Positions 59,968-64,000 of a DNA stretch of 64,000 nt are shown one piece after another (the stretch's first letter is position 1; every line of letters starts with the position of its first letter). Source of the stretch: an uncultured Veillonellaceae bacterium (lineage in GTDB: Bacteria > Bacillota > Negativicutes > JARBTT01); NCBI GenBank assembly GCA_963805085.1, contig CAWDTA010000002.1:1504001-1568000 (forward strand), written 5' to 3'. Made by a program: the position numbers and the translations under genes. Below the pieces are notes generated by a model. It saw only the letters and a program-made list of their open reading frames with translations. It did not search any database and was not told where the DNA came from.

Positions 59968-61257
59968 GTGGTAAAAATGGATTTAAGAAGAGAAGATTTT
60001 ATAAGTCAATATCCTCCACTAAATTATATGAACAAGGACGAAGTAAAAGATTTATGGCGAAGGGATGTGTTTCATTTATATATACATATACCGTTTTGCA
60101 TTAAAAAATGTGGGTTTTGCTATTATAAATCGATAGCTAGCCCCAATGGGACGGTACCAGATGAATATGTAACAGCACTGAAGAAGGAGATCCAGGCTTA
60201 TGCTTCTATGCCAGAGATACAGAGCAGAGATGTTCGTTCCCTTTATATAGGAGGCGGGACTCCTACGTTACTAAGCGAAGAGCAGCTGGAATTTATTCTG
60301 TCATTGGTAATGAAAAGCTTCCATTTCACATCCGATTTTGAATTTTGCTGTGAAGCATATCCTGGACCTGAAACGACTCTTTCAAAGATTAATGTTTTAA
60401 AATCTTTTGGATTGCACCGTTTAAGCCTTGGTTGTCAGAGCTTAGATGAAGAAGTTCTCAAAGCCAATGGAAGTAATCATGAGACAAAAGAATTCTACAA
60501 AGTTTTTGAGCTTGCACGAAAAGCATCAGTAAGAACGATTAATGTCGATTTGATGTCGGGACTTGTGGATCAATCCATCGAGAGTTTCATGGATACGATT
60601 AATAAAATTGTTGTGCTAAGTCCGGAAAACATATCTATATACAAAATGGAGGTATATTTAAACAGTTCCATCTATAAAAGGTTAAGACAGGGTAGTATAA
60701 CACTTATTTCCGATGAAGAAGAAATTAAATATGTACGAAAAGGATATGCCAGACTGTTAGAAATGGGGTATAGTTTAGCCAACCATTTCAACTTTATGAT
60801 TTCTCAAGAGCATGATCATATTCAACGAAGAGGATTATGGGATGGCGAAGATATGCTGGGCGTTGGGGCATCTGCACATTCATGCATGAACTTATTTATG
60901 TTCCAAGACGAACCTCGTATTGAACATTACATTGAAATGTTAAATCGGGGAGAAATGCCCGTTGTGAGGGCTCATGAGATCAGTAAAAAAGAGGATATGG
61001 TTCAAAGGGCAGTATTGGGATTGAAAAATCTAAAAATTTGTCGAACCGAATTTTTAAAAGACTATGGAATGGATATAATGGATGTGTTCCCTAAACAGTT
61101 CAGAATGCTGGAAAGGGAAGGGTTTGTTAATATAAAGGATAACGCAATCGAATCTACATTTGAAGGGGCATTATTCGCAGATGATATTGCTCGCGAGCTT
61201 TACCTTCCTGAACATAAGAATATGATGTTAGGCCACGTGAAAAGGTCGATTTCTTAG
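59968..61257 (+). CDS. HemN-like radical SAM enzyme
   Basis: LYIHIPFCIKKCGFCYY, GGGTPT, RLSLGCQS, HemN C-terminal domain. Confidence 0.9.
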   Translation: MVKMDLRREDFISQYPPLNYMNKDEVKDLWRRDVFHLYIHIPFCIKKCGFCYYKSIASPNGTVPDEYVTALKKEIQAYASMPEIQSRDVRSLYIGGGTPTLLSEEQLEFILSLVMKSFHFTSDFEFCCEAYPGPETTLSKINVLKSFGLHRLSLGCQSLDEEVLKANGSNHETKEFYKVFELARKASVRTINVDLMSGLVDQSIESFMDTINKIVVLSPENISIYKMEVYLNSSIYKRLRQGSITLISDEEEIKYVRKGYARLLEMGYSLANHFNFMISQEHDHIQRRGLWDGEDMLGVGASAHSCMNLFMFQDEPRIEHYIEMLNRGEMPVVRAHEISKKEDMVQRAVLGLKNLKICRTEFLKDYGMDIMDVFPKQFRMLEREGFVNIKDNAIESTFEGALFADDIARELYLPEHKNMMLGHVKRSIS

Positions 61258-61567
61258 TATCTTGAAGGCTTGTATTAGTTTTATAGTACTTAATACTTTT
61301 TTAACCATATTGAAATATTTCATTATTATGGAGGATTTTAATATAATCTTGTTCTTTTAATAAATACAGATTGTTTCATGGTAGTAAAATGAAAGCAATT
61401 TAATATCTGGGGTATAGGCAGATTTTTAAATATTTTGTACGCTAAAATAATTCAGTTTACTGGAAGCCGTGTATCAGTTTTGGGCAGTTCTATTACTCAG
61501 AATACAAAAATAAGCGTTCGATTTTCGCTAAAATCTGTTCGTACCCCTATCTTAAGGAGGAATTTTG

Positions 61568-61846
61568 ATGGAAAGAGAAATTATATCATTGCGTATAAAA
61601 AAAGTACTGAAAGGAAGCCAGTTTTTGGCTTTAAAAGAAATGATCGATTCTATAACCGATGAGATGTCTCTTGTAGCCGATCTTTCACTTGATTCCATTC
61701 AGATTCTTGAACTTATAGTTGGACTAGAGAAAGAATTTGGATTTTCTTGTATGCCGGATGAACTGAATCTAGAGCTGTTTAATAGGTTTGGGGACGTTGT
61801 TGATTTTGTTGAAAATAAAGTTAACAAAATGAAGTGCTGCAATTAA
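61568..61846 (+). CDS. Acyl/aryl carrier protein
   Basis: DLSLDSIQILELIVGLEKEFG phosphopantetheine motif; RBS AAGGAGG. Confidence 0.88.
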   Translation: MEREIISLRIKKVLKGSQFLALKEMIDSITDEMSLVADLSLDSIQILELIVGLEKEFGFSCMPDELNLELFNRFGDVVDFVENKVNKMKCCN

Positions 61847-62045
61847 TGCGAGCTTGACATTCAATCAATCTACTGATACCGCTTGAGGTTAAAAAGTCTC
61901 AAATGCATTCCGCCAAATGTGGTAAACTTGTACCAATTTATAGGCTGGAGTTTGCTATTGTCTTGCGTCAACAATGTCGACGTAAACGGCTTAAGTGCGA
62001 AGGCGTGTATTGGTAAATAATAAGTATAGGGGGTGAAAAATTATA

Positions 62046-63431
62046 ATGAATAGAGTCTATCTTGAAGAAATAAATACGGATCTTGATGCGTTTGAAATAT
62101 ACAAAATTTTTTATGAAGATCGATATAGTATTTTTCTTGATAGCGGTATGGATCGCGAGCGATTAGGAAAATATTCGTTTATAAGTGCTAATCCCTTTTT
62201 GGAAATTGAATCAAAAAATGATCAGATAATCATTCGGGAAAATGGAAGGGAGATGCTTTATCAGGGGAATCCGTTTATTCATTTAAAAGAAAATCTCAGT
62301 AAGTACCATATAAAAAACGATACTAATTTACCCTTCGTAGGAGGAGCTGTCGGATTTCTGTCGTATGATTTATGCCATCATCTTGAAAAACTCCCGCTGA
62401 CTGTGGAGGATGATTTAAATTTACCCGATTTTATAATTGGCTTTTATGATGGAATAGTTATTTTTGATCACAATAATAATAAAGTTTATGTCGCGTCGGC
62501 CGGATTCCCAGAAGAAAAAGCAGCCCAAAATAAGATCAATGAAATAAAGCGAAGAATTGAAAAAAATAAAAAAATTGATTTGCAACATTTAGATTTTAAA
62601 TACTCTCATAATAAGCCTAGGCTTATCTCAAATTTTACGCAAAAAGAATATTATCGGGCAATTGAAAAAGTGCGTAAGTATATCCTGCAAGGGGATATAT
62701 ATCAAATGAATATGACCCAGAGATTTTCCACCCTAATTAATAAACATCCGTTGAACATATATGATCGTCTTAGAACCATAAATCCAGCCCCCTTCGCTTC
62801 CTATTTAAATTACGGAGACATGCAGGTGATAAGTAGCTCTCCAGAAAGATTTCTGCAATTACGGGATGGTACTATTGAAACACGGCCTATCAAGGGAACC
62901 TTGCCGAGAGGTAAAAACTCTAAACAAGATGAGCGGAATAAAAGGAAACTTTTAAAAAGCAAAAAAGACCGGGCTGAAAATCTTATGATTGTTGATTTAT
63001 TACGTAATGATATTGGAAGGGTATGTAAGTTTGGAAGTATCCGGGTACCAGAATTGTTTTGCCTAGAAACATATCCTACGGTGTTTCATTTAGTATCTAC
63101 GGTAACAGGAAAATTGCGGGAGGATCAGGATGCTGTGGACTGTATAATGGCGACTTTTCCTGGAGGTTCGATAACGGGGGCTCCCAAAATAAGATCGATG
63201 GAGATTATTGATGAATTGGAACCTACTTGCAGACATGTTTATACTGGCTCCATCGGTTATATTGGATTTGATGGAAATATGGACTTGAATATCGTTATTC
63301 GAACTATACTCATAAAAAATGATCAGGCATATTATCAGGTTGGCGGGGCAATTGTATGGGATTCAGTTCCGGAAAAGGAATACCAGGAAACACTAGATAA
63401 AGGTTTAGCGTTGAGAAAGGCGTTACTATAA
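62046..63431 (+). CDS. pabB: Aminodeoxychorismate synthase component I
   Basis: FLDSG, SSPERF, PIKGT (Lys typical of PabB, not the PIAGT of TrpE), AENLMIVDLLRND, GSITGAPK. Confidence 0.92.
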   Translation: MNRVYLEEINTDLDAFEIYKIFYEDRYSIFLDSGMDRERLGKYSFISANPFLEIESKNDQIIIRENGREMLYQGNPFIHLKENLSKYHIKNDTNLPFVGGAVGFLSYDLCHHLEKLPLTVEDDLNLPDFIIGFYDGIVIFDHNNNKVYVASAGFPEEKAAQNKINEIKRRIEKNKKIDLQHLDFKYSHNKPRLISNFTQKEYYRAIEKVRKYILQGDIYQMNMTQRFSTLINKHPLNIYDRLRTINPAPFASYLNYGDMQVISSSPERFLQLRDGTIETRPIKGTLPRGKNSKQDERNKRKLLKSKKDRAENLMIVDLLRNDIGRVCKFGSIRVPELFCLETYPTVFHLVSTVTGKLREDQDAVDCIMATFPGGSITGAPKIRSMEIIDELEPTCRHVYTGSIGYIGFDGNMDLNIVIRTILIKNDQAYYQVGGAIVWDSVPEKEYQETLDKGLALRKALL

Positions 63432-63472
63432 TGTTGTACTAGCGATATTAGGTCATGAAGGGAGCGACCATT

Positions 63473-64000
63473 ATGCTTTTAATGATTGATAACTATGATT
63501 CATTTACCTACAATTTATATCAATATATTGGGGAGCTGTACCCGAATATTATTGTAAGGCGAAACAATCAAATTAGGGTGAATGAGATAAAAGCAATTCA
63601 TCCAGATTATATTGTTATTTCGCCTGGACCGGGACATCCTGAGGATGCGGGCATTTCTATTGATGTAATTAAACATTTTAGTGGTATAATTCCAATCCTT
63701 GGAGTATGTCTTGGGCACCAGGCTATTGGTTTGGCAATGGGGGGCAAGATTGGGCTAGCCAAACAAGTAGTGCATGGAAAACAGTCAATTATCCGTCACA
63801 GTGGCGGAAGTTTATATCGAAATATACCTTCCAGTTTTAAGGCAGTCAGGTATCATTCTTTGTGTGTAAAAAAGGAAGGATTTCCTGAATGTCTCGAGAT
63901 CGAAGCCTGTGCCGCTGACGGCACTATTATGGCTTTGCGACATAAGCAGCATCTAACCTACGGTGTCCAGTATCATCCGGAATCAATTTTAACTGAATAC
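63473..64000 (+). CDS. pabA: ADC/anthranilate synthase glutamine amidotransferase subunit (runs off window)
   Basis: Translated by eye: MLLMIDNYDSFTYNLYQY, ISPGPGHP, LGVCLGHQ, RYHSL, GVQYHPES. Confidence 0.9.
   Translation, partial: MLLMIDNYDSFTYNLYQYIGELYPNIIVRRNNQIRVNEIKAIHPDYIVISPGPGHPEDAGISIDVIKHFSGIIPILGVCLGHQAIGLAMGGKIGLAKQVVHGKQSIIRHSGGSLYRNIPSSFKAVRYHSLCVKKEGFPECLEIEACAADGTIMALRHKQHLTYGVQYHPESILTEY

Noticed and set aside
59968-61257. True HemN/HemW of heme metabolism
   Set aside because: Context is ligase plus ACP with no hem genes or lepA/hrcA neighbourhood
61847-62045. THF or ZTP riboswitch upstream of pabB
   Set aside because: Some short hairpins and TTAAGTG/GCATTCCGC words, but order and core motifs do not fit either consensus
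62046-63431. trpE
   Set aside because: PIKGT motif indicates PabB; TrpE has PIAGT
1-64000. CRISPR array, tRNA or rRNA
   Set aside because: No regularly spaced repeat-spacer series and no recognisable structural RNA genes seen by eye

Overview
Low-GC chromosomal window from a diderm Firmicute (Negativicutes, inferred from an SLH-domain OmpM-type porin). It is a mosaic accessory region. (1) 0-4.5 kb: an MFS transporter and a trans-AT-PKS-type non-elongating KS-thioesterase gene. (2) 4.5-15.4 kb: an IS graveyard with IS1380, two IS3, IS701, two IS256 and IS21 ends, complete IS4 and IS1182 elements with TSDs, and a probable group II intron 5' fragment. (3) A phage-like XRE switch ahead of a fructose-family PTS/aldolase/lyxose-isomerase operon whose EIIA occurs three times. 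(4) 22.5-30 kb: a bacimethrin (thiamin antivitamin) bcmB-A-C plus thiaminase I cluster joined to a TPP-riboswitch tenA-thiD-cytX-(pseudo)thiE-Nudix operon, tightly bracketed by a REP/MITE-like repeat family that carries a sigmaH-type promoter. (5) FMN riboswitch-ribU and a pan-motif/panG-like locus. (6) A peptide utilisation locus (Crp/Fnr, M29 peptidase, oppABCDF, porin, OPT). (7) A direct-repeat-flanked island of three M20 hydrolases with YjiH/YjiG-like proteins. (8) MocR plus two DJ-1 proteins. (9) The start of a putative biosynthetic cluster: adenylate-forming ligase, HemN-like radical SAM, ACP, PabB, PabA. No CRISPR array, tRNA or rRNA was seen. All family calls come from motif recognition by eye, not from database searches.
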